Positions 49,013-61,365 of a stretch of DNA of 64,000 nucleotides are shown here, piece by piece. How positions within the stretch are numbered: the stretch's first letter is position 1; the number at the start of each line of letters is the position of its first letter. The notes under the pieces were generated by a model that saw only the letters and a program-made list of their open reading frames with translations, was not told where the DNA came from and searched no databases. The position numbers and the translations under genes were made by a program. This DNA is from Eledone cirrhosa (taxonomy: Eukaryota), in assembly GCA_964016885.1 (NCBI GenBank), contig OZ024741.1:133486001-133550000 (forward strand). The letters are read 5' to 3'.

Positions 49013-49439
49013 GTAAGTATGCATGTCATAGACTTATTTATTTACTTATTGGTTTGATTTTAAATTGTTATTTGTTTCTGTAGTAGGCCATGTGTATCTG
49101 ATTTAGAATAGGTACACAGTATTCCTTCACATCATAAGAAGACTGTGTGAAGCTGCATGTCATATCCTTGCATGTTGTAAGAAGACTATGTATCTTGTTT
49201 AGAATGGGTACTCTGTATCCCTTCATGTTGTAAGAAGACAGTGTGTAGCTGGTGTAGAATAGGTACATCGTATCTCTGTGTTGTAAGTGACTAAAAGAGT
49301 TGGTGTCTGGAAGGGCATATTGCCTTAAAAAGTCCTATACAACCCATGTCAACATGGAAAAGTCAGTGTAAAAATGTTAATCTAGTTTTTTTTGTTAATT
49401 GTGTTTTTAATCAAGAGAATTTCTTTAAATCCAAATCAG

Positions 49440-49623
49440 TTTAGAGGCCTCACAAGAACTGGAGGAGAGCACCAAATCATTAGCAGAGACAACAACATTG
49501 CCCGATAAGCCAACAAAGACATTTGTTCCTGTCAAAATAGAATCTACCAGTCCTCAGTCATCAACACCTGCATCATCAACTTCACCTGTGGTACCTGTTA
49601 AACCTCCAATGTCTGCAGAACAG
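49440..49623 (+). CDS. SARNP: SARNP exon 5 (S/T/P-rich linker)
   Basis: ATCAG acceptor, phase 2 to 0, open frame LEASQELEE..PVKPPMSAEQ, GTGAGA donor. The acceptor is weak but the phase fits exon 4. Confidence 0.75.
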
Positions 49624-49749
49624 GTGAGATCTAAATAATGTCATTTTTTTTCGATTTGTGTTTTTATTTGCACATGTATTTATGCAGTTATGCACGTTTT
49701 TGTGGCCATGTATACGTCATTAAGCATTTGTTATAGTATATATAGTATA

Positions 49750-50710
49750 CTGTAAATGAGGTTGTTGTTAGGAAAGGCATCCAGCCAGAATCATTTCCCG
49801 TATGAGCAAGACAAGGTCAGCCGACCGGACACTGCCCACAACAGGACAACCCGTCTAACCCATGCTAGCGTGGAAGAACGGACGTAAAACGGTGGTGATG
49901 ATGATATAAAGGTTTCTCTCTAAAAATGAAAGGCAGATTGTATGATGCCTGTATACGAACAGCATGTTACATGGCAGTGAGACATGGGCATTGTGTGCAG
50001 AGGGCCTGCGCAGACTGGAAAGGAATGAAGCATGCATGCTCCGTTGGATGTGTAATAGTAATATACGCGAACGGCAAAACATAAATGAACTAAGTGAGAA
50101 ATTAGGAATAAGAGGGATCAGATGCTGTTTACTTGAGAGAAGACTACGTTGGTATGGTCACGTGATGCGCGTGAAAGATGACAGCAGTATAAAAAAGTGC
50201 AGGGTGATCAAAATTGATGGAAGTTACGGAGTAGGTAGACCCAGAAAAACCTGGGACGATTTGATAAATTCCGACCTTACACACTTGCACCTCTCTAAGA
50301 CAATGTCACTGGACCAAGATCTTTGGCGCCACGCAGTAATACAGAAGACCCGCCTTGCCTATGTACAAAGCGAAACCTCAGTCAGTAGGCACCCACTACC
50401 CCTACTCCATCCTCTCACTCCCACCAACCACCCTTTCTCTGTAAAGTTAAGTCCAAACTAATGAGGTCGTGTAGGTGTCACAACAAATAAACACACAGTC
50501 TATGCTGTAATGTGGCCATGTAGGTAACACGGTAAAAAGCTTCCAGTCCACACTGTAAATGTGGTTGGTGTTAGGAAGGGCATCGAGCCTTAGAAAACCT
50601 GCCAGAGTCCTATATGAGCGAGACACGGTCACCCGACCAATCTTGTCTCAAGTAGGACAATTCCCGTCTAACCCATGCTAGCATGGAAGATAGACGTTAA
50701 ACGATGATGA

Positions 50711-50714
<4 letters not shown>
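49750..50714 (+). mobile_element. Two tandem RTE 3' fragments (49750-49904 3'UTR only; 49908-50714 RT C-terminus plus 3'UTR)
   Basis: LHGSETW..RRLRWYGHV..GRPRKTW. Each ends in a (GAT)n tail followed by ATAT or (TA)n. Confidence 0.88.
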
Positions 50715-50741
<27 letters not shown>

Positions 50742-52055
50742 CTATAAGAGATGCTTAATGACATATATATATATTTATATATATAGTGAAATTATTACAA
50801 TAGTATGAAACATAGGCTAAAATAGCTATAATGTCATCACTGGAAATAGCTATGGGGAAACCTACATGTATTTATGCCCAAATCAAGTCAGTTTTGCTTG
50901 TTGTTAATTATTATTTTGTTCGTGCTCTTTCTGTTCCCATCCAGACATAGGATAAAGTACTTCGGCTGTAGCAGTCAAATCGTGGCACGACACTTACCAT
51001 CTTTTCTCAACCAACATCTCTACATTCACTCTCTTTCTCACAAATTCCAAAACATCACAACAAAATACTCTTATCTATAAACACTGCATTTAGCAACGTG
51101 TGAATGAAACTCTGTTACATCAAACCTTTTACGTAATACGGATATTATATTTTGAAAATAAAGTACCAGTAATGCACTGGGTAATTTGCTGGCCTTGTGC
51201 CTAAAGTAGAAACAATTATATTTTGCTACATGGTATCGTTGCATTCCGTGATATAAATAAAAATATCAAAATTAGTAGAACTGGATATATTTTACTGAAT
51301 TAAATCAAACCCATATATATATCATTATCAGCATCCTCATAATTTTTATATCTACCTTTCCTTGCTGGTATAGGTTGGAGACTTTGTGGACACAATCTTT
51401 TTAAGGCTGAGTCTGCTTCCTGATGCAAACCCATACCTTATGGTATATAGTGCTCATCTTTGTTAAACTGGCTAGCAGCTCTAGGTTACTTTGTTTATGC
51501 AGGACATTGACATACTTACTAAAAAGGGTGACTATATGGGCAAATACACACACACATTTATATGGTGCATATCCTCACAGTTTCTATCCACCAAATTCAC
51601 TCAAAAGGTGTTATTAGATACTGAATTCAAAACTGCATGGTTGCAAAGTGAACTTAATAACACATTCATACCCATACCTAACCCTCATGCCATCTCCTTA
51701 AGGCCACTTCTAACAATATTTATCATACAACACTTATTCTTGCTCAACCTATCTCATCTGCGCTTCCCTCTTTTAATACCAAATATGCATCTACCATTGC
51801 TCATCTAACATTTGAACAAGACTCAATCCCTCAATCTGTTTCGTCTTGGGCGATGACAACTTATCTGACCCATGTTAGCATTAAAAACTCATGTAAAATA
51901 CTGTCGATATGAAAGAGAGAGAGCCATTTAACAGTGTTAAAGAGCTTAGAGATGTACAACAAAGGCATTTGACACTTTCTAGTATACAATACTAATCACA
52001 AAATAGAACAAAGGTGAATAGGATGGTGTATATATATATACACATGACTTTTTTA

Positions 52056-52340
52056 AACATTTTTTCACGCTCAGAGTTGCTGAAGCATGGAAAAAACTGC
52101 CTGCGTCAGTTGTTAGCTGCCGAGACACTGTATCCTTTAAAACCCTCATGCTTCCCGAAATACGCCAAAACTACACCTGATGTACCCCTTCCATACACAT
52201 GCACACATGTGTATATCATGACTCATGCACTGTTCATTTTCCTGACGTATGTACATTACCCTATGTACTATACATACACTTTTTGATGAGTTTTAGTGCA
52301 CCTGAGCACTGTACACAATATTTCATTATTATTATTATTA
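52056..52340 (+). mobile_element. CR1 3'-end fragment of the same family as 28109-32967
   Basis: Close to the reverse complement of ~28130-28412. (ATT)n tail. Confidence 0.88.
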
Positions 52341-52469
52341 TATATATATATGAACAGTTCTGTATGAGTAAGATGTGGTCATCTGATCTGACTTGTCTTA
52401 CAATGGAATAACTCATCTAACCTATGCTAGCTTGGAAAAATGGATGTTAAATGATAATGATATATCAGT

Positions 52470-52800
52470 ATCATCATTTTACATCCGCGTTTTTCCTGCT
52501 TGCAAGGGTGGGACGGGAACTGACTCTGGCTTGATTTCTACAGCTGGATGCCCTTCCTAACACCAACCTCATTTACAGTGAGTGCTGGGTGCTTTTTTTC
52601 CGTGGCACCTCCACGACCATTTTGCAGTGGAATGATAGGGACCCCAGTCCCTATCATCTCATTTCTACAGCTGAGTAAACTGGAGCAATGTGAAATAAAT
52701 TGTCTTGCTCAAGGAAACAACACATCACCCGGTCTGAGAATTGAACTCACAACCTTTCGATTGCAAGGCCAATGCTCTAACCACTAAGCCATGTGCCTCC
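52470..52800 (-). mobile_element. tRNA-derived SINE (same family as 34372)
   Basis: Reverse complement of the 34372-34704 element with head and tail present. Confidence 0.88.
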
Positions 52801-53367
52801 ATTGAGTGATAGGAAGTTTTGAAATGTGTGTTTTTGATTGAAATTTTGACCCTTCCACCAGGTGGCAAATTGGCAGAGAAGTTAAAGCTTTGGATTAAAA
52901 ATGCCTCAGTATTTGTTTTGGCTTTCTTCGCTCTGAGTTCAAATCCTGTCACAGTCAACTTTGTTTTTCATCCTTTTGAGGTTGATAAATAAAGTACCAG
53001 TACTGGTCAATTCTCTCTTTCTCTGAAAGAAATTGACTGTTTTCAGACCTGGAGAAGGATGAGCTCTACCAGATTTAAAAATAGCCAAGACATTCCATGT
53101 GTTAAGACGGCACCCTTACGACTCCATCAGGAGTTAAGGGACCACTCACACCACTCCCTTCCACAATCTAATTGTTTCTGCTTCAGCACATACTCTCTGA
53201 TCATGTCACTCACCAAACAACTCCAATTTTAGAATGTTTATAAAATATTACTGCTAAATAAGATGTTACAGGATGTTAAAAGTTAAGTGTTCACTTATTT
53301 TCATACCACTGTTATTCTCTTTATATTACAAAGACTTCCATCTTAACTTCTTTTTTTTTAAATTTAG

Positions 53368-53438
53368 AAATTAAAGCAGCGAGCTGAAAGATTTGGCATC
53401 AGTAATGACACAGATAAGAAAGCTGCCAGAGCTGCCAG
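53368..53438 (+). CDS. SARNP: SARNP exon 6
   Basis: TTTAG acceptor, KLKQRAERFGISNDTDKKAARAA(R), GTAATT donor, phase 0 to 2. RAERFG and KKAARAARFG are SARNP hallmarks. Confidence 0.93.
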
Positions 53439-53684
53439 GTAATTTAATTTCTAAGTGTTCGGGGTAATAACCGAAAGAATACAATCACAAACATAAATGG
53501 CTGAAATGGGGTTCCTTCGAAGGGTCTTGGAGTAATGTTATTCGATAGTATGTTCACTCTGGCTTTCTGTGTTCTAAGTTCAAATCCTGCTGAGGTCAAC
53601 TTTGTTTTTCATCCTTTCAAGATCAATGAAAAAAAAGGTACCAGTCTAATACTGGGTTTGATGCTTCCTTTGTGTATGTGTGTT

Positions 53685-54335
53685 TATATATAAAGTTGTA
53701 GTTCCTGTCTGTTTGTTTGTTCACAAACTCTTCCTATGGTTTTGGAGATAGACCCCCATAACCATATATATTCTGAAACTAATTGCCCAGGGTACTTGGA
53801 TAAGTATTTTTCATTTTAATCAAAGGATTTCCCAGGGGCACAAACCCCCACTGAAAATTTTTTCCCTTCGATTTATATGAAATTTGAACCATAGGTAAAT
53901 GATAAGATATGATGCCTATTCACAACATTTCAGCCAATTTCAATAATATTAAGACACCTTAATGGGGGTTAAACCCCTTGTTAGGGTTCTCCGGGGGCAC
54001 AAAACCCCCGCTGAAAATTTTTTCCTTTCGATTTATTTGAAATTTAAACCATAGGTAAATGACAAGATATGATGCCTATTCACAAAAGTTTGGAATTGAT
54101 ATCTTGAAAAAAATTATTTACAAGAAACAAAATAGGAATAAGATTTAATAATGTAATTTGGATTTGATATATTACAAAAATAATGTTTTCCAATTTTTCA
54201 TGCATTACATTTTACATCGAGTAATATTGAAATGCAGAGTTTTTCTCTATAAATTATATCACTGATTTAAAATCAATCATCATTTTCTTACAAAAAAAAT
54301 GTGTGAAATGCAGCAAGGTGCGGGTAATTTGGCTA

Positions 54336-54337
<2 letters not shown>
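53685..54337. mobile_element. Second Helentron/HINE-like non-autonomous element
   Basis: tatatataaa..ctgtctgtttgtttg at one end, ~166-bp internal duplication, gcgggtaatttggctagt at the other end, followed by (TA)n. Confidence 0.55.
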
Positions 54338-54378
<41 letters not shown>

Positions 54379-55016
54379 CAATCTACTGTATTCAAACTGG
54401 GAGAGGAGATTACTTCCATTAGGTTTAAAATGCTCTAGACATGCAGTATGTCACTACGGCTTCTCTATGACTCAACCAGAAGTTGTGGGTTCATACAATG
54501 ATGGAATATGAATTGTTTAGATTTTGCAGCAAGTTGTTTTCCATGGAATTAGACAATAGCCAGGTTTTTAACAGTTTCATAAACTCGTGTTTCTACAACA
54601 AACCAAGTTGAGTGGCAACATGTCCATCAGTACAATATTAAGAGGCCACAGAGTTTAGCAATTGAACAGAGACAATATAGGGTTTGAGAGGATTCTTCAG
54701 TCAGGTCAAGCATGTAGCAACTTTTCTAGTGCTGGTACCACAACAAAATGCACTCTGTACACTTTGTAAAGTGTTAGCATTTGTACCATGATAAAATGTA
54801 ACCGGTTCACTCTGTAAAGTGTTACTACTGATATCACAAAAACTGCACCCAACATATTCTGTAAGGAAGGGCATCCAGACATAGATGGAATTTATACCAA
54901 ATATGGAATGCAATGAGTAAGATTATTTGCTCTTATATGTTTAGTCTCAGACTGATAATCTATCCAATCCATACCTGTGTGGAAAGGGATGATGTTAATG
55001 ATTTATTTCATTTTAG

Positions 55017-55098
55017 ATTTGGCCTCTCCAATAACAATGATACTGGTTCCACCACTGCCAGTAATCAGTCGGCTAAGATAGCACCAACACCAGTTTTG
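55017..55098 (+). CDS. SARNP: SARNP exon 7
   Basis: TTTTAG acceptor, (R)FGLSNNNDTGSTTASNQSAKIAPTPVL, GTAAGT donor, phase 2 to 0. Confidence 0.9.
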
Positions 55099-55558
55099 GT
55101 AAGTATTACAAGATTTAACTATTTATCTATTTTAAGTATCTTTGATGGCAGACATGTATGTTTTCAATATAAAGTTTACCATTCCACAGTTAAGAGATTA
55201 TTGGTGTCTTTAGCAGATTCCATTTTGCTGAAAGCATTTAGGCTGAGCTTGTTGCCAAGGTGGGGTGGTTGAAGTCGTGCTCGTTGCCGAGGCGGGGTTC
55301 AGTATAGCACTGCCCCCACTTTTCAATGGTGTGCCTTCAGATGTAGAAAACTTTTGAGTGATATGCTTACTGAAACTCTTCTTTAGATTGAGAATTAGAG
55401 TGGCCACTCAGAATGTTCTGAAATCTGGCAATGGGCTTAAGGCCAGGTATTTTGTTTGAATTTACCTTCCACCTGCCTTCCCACCAATTTGAAATTCATG
55501 GGTGCAACCCTTTCATCTATGACTAAATTTCTTTTTCAATGTATTATTATTTGTATAG

Positions 55559-55630
55559 GCAGATGATCTTGACCGACTGAAAAAACGGGCTGAGAGATTT
55601 GGCACTATAGTTTCCAGTACTTTGTCTCGA
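55559..55630 (+). CDS. SARNP: SARNP exon 8
   Basis: TATAG acceptor, ADDLDRLKKRAERFGTIVSSTLSR, GTAAGA donor. Confidence 0.92.
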
Positions 55631-57334
55631 GTAAGAACCTTTATTTATTTTGTCTCTGTCTTCATTTTTCATCACCAACATTGTCATCATCATCATCATC
55701 AACATTGTCATCATCATCATCAACATCATGTTTGTTTTACATGGTAGCATGGGTTATGACAGAATCCTGCCTCTGTCTAAACCATGACAAAAATACAAAA
55801 AATTGACTGTTTTCTCACCATTGTCACCTGATCAGTTGATTTCTTTTCCAAATCTCAGCGATAAATTTCGTCTGGTTCTTATTTTCATGTGCAGTGAATT
55901 GGCAGATTAAATGCATTACCTGATCAGGTGATTTTTTTTTTTTTTTTTTTTTTTTTTCTTTTGTTCCCAAAACTAAGTGATGATTATCATCTGATCAGAT
56001 CGATAAAAAAAAAAGTATTAGAGTCTAATACTGGTGTTAGTTCTATATCTTTTTCTCACTTTCTCTTTCTCTCTCTCTCTTCACACCTCTCTCACTCTCT
56101 TCACCTCTTTCTCCTCCTTTGGAAGAAATCTGCTATGCATCGACCTAGAAAGGGAATTGGTTGTGCCAGGCTTAAAGTATGTCAATACAGTGCTCCTATG
56201 ACTCCATCAGGAGTTACAGGTTCATACATCTCTAGTTCACATAACCCTAAGTAGGGAAATAAATCTTCTCTTCCCTATAGAGGACACTGGTTTTTGAGGA
56301 CCCTTCAGTCATGTCAAATACACGACAATGTCTCCTGTGCATTTGGTAGAACATAAAACCATATGTTAGTGAGTGCATGCTCCTCCCCAGGTATGTCTGG
56401 GAGGTAGCTCTACTTCAATACTGACTTAGTCTATGTGTATCCCTCTAACTCTTGCTAGCAGGGAAAGTGGACATTAAAACGATGATGATTTTTCTCAATT
56501 GGAGGAATTGAACTGTACACTGCAAGCTAACATGTTTCTACTGCTACTTCTAACCCCTTTAGCACAATACAGTTTGTATTGTATGTATCTAACCTTGTAT
56601 ACAATGAAAAAAAAGGATCATTATTATATGCAGTATCATTAGATCATTGGACAAAGGCTTAGCAGTATTTGTTCTGACTCTTTATGTTCTGAGTTCAAAT
56701 TTGCCTTTCATCTTTCCAAGGTTGATAAAATAAAGTACTAGTTAGGTACAGGGGTTGATATCGATTTTCTGCTTCCATCAAACTCCTGGCCTAATTATTC
56801 TAAGCTGTTTTTCACCAAAAACTTCAATTTGGAGTTTGCTTGTGCCTTATTCATTGCAGCTTCATCTGTTTATTCCTGAGAGGTATTCATTTAATTGTAA
56901 TAAAGTTTTGTGGATTGTTTCTTTGTCTGTTTTCTGAAAGAGACACAGCCAGTGAAAAGGGACATTAGTAATATACTGGGGTTCATTCAAATCATAGTTT
57001 GATACTATAATTTGTGAGATAGCTCCAAAAGTAAGGGATCATGTTATTATACAGTGCCTTGTCACTGAAGATTAGGTATTTAGGTGGATTGGTGCCACAT
57101 TCCTGGCAACTACCTCTGTCAACTCTCTCAAAGCATTCCTTCAATTGAACTGAAGCCTCAGGAAGTTAAAAAAAATGTTGAACTTGATGGAAATATTGCA
57201 AAGGTAAGGAGTACAAAATGTCATCAACATCATTACCTTTGCCTTCATGCTGACTTGGGTTGGATAGGTTACAACAATCTGAAGCTAGACAGAAAAGACC
57301 TCGTCATGCACATATGTTCCATATTTGGCAAGGT

Positions 57335-57550
57335 TTCTATGACTGGATGCCCTTCCCAACACCAACCGCATTACAGGGTGTACTGGGTACATTTCATTGT
57401 AGCATCAGCACTACCACTTTACATAGTTTACTGGGTGCATTTTATTGTCACCACTACCACTTTACAGTGTCCTGGGTGCATTTTATTGTGTCACTACAAT
57501 TACCACTTTACAGTGTACTGGGTGCATTTTATTGTGACACCAGCACTAGA
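57335..57550 (-). repeat. Short tandem array of the RTE 3'UTR motif (cactttacagtgtactgggtgcattttattgt)
   Basis: About five degenerate ~35-42-bp copies following ctggatgcccttcc. Similar arrays occur at ~33120-33330 and ~54725-54880. Confidence 0.6.
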
Positions 57551-57782
57551 GAAGTTTCATATACGTGGCCAGACTGAAGTCCTCTTTATCTTATGTTGTC
57601 TTTGTTTGATCAGCAACCATCTCTATCTCAAGAAACCAACTAGCAACACTATTGTGTTAATACATCCTTTTATCCCACTAACTACTCCCTCTTCTTTCAA
57701 GCCAACTCGCCCCCTTCTATCTCACCAACTACCCCCTCCATGATATACACTAACATGTTTCATTTACCATTCTGTTTGACAG

Positions 57783-57873
57783 TTGGAAGATGAAGCCAAA
57801 CGCCGGAAAAGGAAAGAGAGATTTGGACAGAATGTTACAAGTCCAACATCTGGAAGTAGTACTAATACTGATA

Positions 57874-57920
<47 letters not shown>

Positions 57921-58022
57921 ACTACTACTAATACTAATACTACTACTACTACTACTACTACAACTACTACTACTACTGCTGCTGATTCAACTATTAGCGG
58001 CAAAAAATCAGATGAGGTTGAG
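57783..58022 (+). CDS. SARNP: SARNP exon 9 with coding poly-Thr/Ala microsatellite
   Basis: TGACAG acceptor, 240 nt, LEDEAKRRKRKERFGQNVTSP..T(n)A5..KKSDEVE, GTAAAT donor. No terminal exon was found in the window. Confidence 0.85.
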
Positions 58023-58869
58023 GTAAATGGCATTGACTTTTTAAACTTTTCATTGTATGCTAAAGAATTTTGTTTCACAATCCCATGGTTGTGGGTTTGA
58101 TTCTATCAAACGTTTTCTTGGTAAGTGTTTTCTATGCTGTATAGCCTTGTCAACCCAAACATTGAAAGATGGTGTGGAAGTCTGTTGGTTGGAATGGAGT
58201 TGTAATTTAAAAGGACCAGCCTTGTTACGCTCTGCTATACATTTTTTGTCTAAAGATCAAGTTAAGAGTACAACTGACTGTGCGATACTCAGACACTTAT
58301 ATGAGTTGGTAGTTTTGTTGATTCGATTGACTGTACTATTCTTTATGCAGTAGACTTAATCCTTCACCTGGTATAACACCCACCATCTGGCCCTTAGTTT
58401 CCCTTTCCAGGGTCCTCTTGTAAGCATTTGGTTCTTATCTCCTATCTGTTGATAGGTTGATAATTTCATACCTTAACCCTTTAGTGTTCAAAACCGGCCG
58501 AAATTATATCCACTGTATTTGTTCAAACTGGCCTAAACTGGCCAATAACAGCCATACTAAAATATCGTTCTAAAAATAAACAATACCATTATCAAAATTT
58601 CGTCAATCGAGATTACTGCGAGATAAGGCCCTTACCGCGAAATACAACACTTAATATAATGAAACAACTTAAAACTACATGTGCTTTTCAACGTTGAAAG
58701 TACAACAGATTTTTTTTGTGTGTATCAACATGGCTTGTGAAAATAGCGATACTGACTTTGAAGGTTTTACATACGATGACATTCAAAATGAACAAAAAAC
58801 AAAAGATAATATTAGTAATTTATCTTCAAATGAATCAGATGTGTACATTTCTGAAATTTCATCCGATGA

Positions 58870-60273
58870 TTTATTATTGCCCTTCAAACTATAACAGAGG
58901 AGTTCAAGACCGGCTGCCCGTGGGAACTTCTATACGCAGATGATCTAACGCTGAATCAATGGCTGAACTAAATTCCAAACTTGGAAGCATGGCCTAGAAT
59001 CAAAAGGCCTTAAAATTAACTTGTCTAAGACTAAAGTTCTAGTATGTAGGAAGGAAAATAGGACACTGGTCCCTTCTGGGAAATGGCCATGCTCAGTGTG
59101 TAGGAAAGGAGTAGGCAGAAACTCCATTCTATGTCCCAAATGTATTTTATGGGTGCATAAAGGATGTAGTGGGATCACAGGTAAGATAACTAAGAACATA
59201 GATTTTATATGTGGCTGGTGCTCAGGTGCAATAAGTAGTAGCTAGTGCTCACAGGATACTAGCTCCTTCCATTGCCCAGATGGTTCTATAGAAATAGTGG
59301 ACACCTTCCGTTACTTGGGTGACAAAATCAGCAGTAGTGGAGGGTGCTCTGAAAGTACAGTAGCTAGTCAGAACGGGATGGAAAAAGTTCACAGAGCTTA
59401 TACCACTATTGGTCGCTAAAGGTTTCTCTCTAAAAATGAAAGGCAGACTGTATGATGCTTGCATACGAACAGCAATATTACATGGCAGTGAGACATGGGC
59501 ATTGTGTGCAGAGGATCTGCGCAGACTGGAGAGGAACGAAGCTTGCATGCTCCGTTGGATGTGTAATAGTAATATACGTGAACGGCAAAGCATAAATGAA
59601 CTAAGTGAGAATTTAGGAATAAGAGGGATCAGATGCTGTTTACTCGAGAGAAGACTACGTTGGTATGGTCACGTGATGCGCATGAAAGACGACAGCTGTA
59701 TAAAAAAGTGCAAGGCGATCAAAATGGATGGAAGCTACGGAGTAGGCAGACCCAGAAAAACATGGGACGATTTGATAAATTCCGACCTTACACACTTACA
59801 CCTCTCCGAGACAATGTCACTGGACCGAGATCTTTGGCGCTACACAGTAATACAGAAGAGCCGCCTTGCCTAAGTACAAAGCGAAACCTACAGTCAGTAG
59901 GCACCTCCTAACCAAAAATACCCCCCCCCCCATCCTATTACCCCTACCCCACACCATCTACACCACCCCTTTCTCTGTAAAGTTATGTTGGTGCCACAAC
60001 ATCCAGTCCTAAATAAATGAGGTTGTGTAGGTGTCATGACAAAAAAAAAAACACACAGTCCACGCTATAATGTGGCCGTGTAGGTAACACAGTAAAAAGC
60101 TCATAGTCCACACTGTAAACGTCGTTGGTGTTAGGAAGGGCATCCAGCCGTAGAAAACCCGCCAGACAGTCCTTTACGAGCAAGACAACCAATCTTGCCT
60201 CACGTGGGACAATTCCCGTCTAAACCCATGCTAGCGTGGAAGATAGACATTAAACGATGATGATGATGATGAT
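58870..60273 (+). mobile_element. 5'-truncated RTE LINE inserted in the piggyBac
   Basis: YADD, PHD finger, LHGSETW, RRLRWYGHV, 3'UTR and (GAT)n tail. Confidence 0.9.
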
Positions 60274-60283
60274 ATATATATAT

Positions 60284-60985
60284 GGAGGCACATGGCTTAG
60301 TGGTTAGAGCATTGGGCTTGCAATCGAAAGGTTGTGAGTTCAATTCTCAGACCGGGTGATGTGTTGTTTCCTTGAGCAGACACTTTATTTCACATGCTCC
60401 AGTTTCATCATCATCATTTTACGTCCGCTTTTCCTTGCTTGCAAGAGTGGGACGTGAACTGATTCTGGCTTGATTTCTACAGCTGGATGCCCTTCCTAAC
60501 ACCAACCTCATTTACAGAGAGTGCTGGGTGCTTTTTTTCCGTGGCACCTCCACGACCACTTTGCAGTGGAATGATAGGGACCTCAGTCCCTATCATCTCA
60601 TTTCTACAGCTGAGTAAACTGGAGCAATGTGAAATAAAGTATCTTGCTCAAGGAAACAACACATCACTCGGTCTGAGAATTGAACTCACAACCTTTCGAT
60701 TGCAAGGCCAATGCTCTAACCACTCAGCTGTAGAAATGAGATGATAGGACTGGGGTCCCTATCATTTCACTGCAAAGTGGTCGTGGAGGTGCCATGGCAA
60801 AAAAGCACCCAGCCCACACTGTAAAGTGGAAGTGTAGGCGCCACGGAAAAAAAAAGCACCCAGCACTCACTGTAAATGAGGTTGGTGTTAGGAAGGGCAT
60901 CCAGCTGTAGAAATCAAGCCAGAATCAGTTCCGTCCAACCCTTGCAAGCAGGGAAAAGCGGATGTAAAATGATGATGATGATGAT
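60284..60985 (+). mobile_element. tRNA SINE (+) split by an inverted copy of the same SINE (60404-60722, -)
   Basis: Head at 60284-60403, reverse-complement copy, then the + copy resumes at cactcagctg (60721) and runs to a (GAT)n tail. Confidence 0.87.
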
Positions 60986-61365
60986 TGTTTTGAAAGTGAA
61001 AGTGAAGGAGATCTCCAAGGTGCCATTGAAGATATTACAGCAATATGGTCGAAAAATACTACACCAATACATGTTCCCGATTTTATTCAAATACTAGTCC
61101 ACAACACACATTACCTCCTGATGCTAAACCACTGGCTTATTTCCTTTTGTTTTTGCCACAAACTTTCTTCGAAGTTGTGGCAGAATAGACTAATCGATAT
61201 GCCTAACAACAGGTTTCAAATCGAGGAAAACCCGATCTGTTATGGTGATCAACAGATGCAGAAATGCAAGCATTTTTTACCATAAATATTATGTTCAGTA
61301 TAAAAGAATTTCCAAGACTGGAATTACTGGAGCACTGATATAAGGTTTAGTGTCCCTTATATATA

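Noticed and set aside
57084-57743. 219-aa ORF with repeated YWVHFIV
   Set aside because: It is a translation of an antisense tandem array of the RTE 3'UTR motif inside a SARNP intron.
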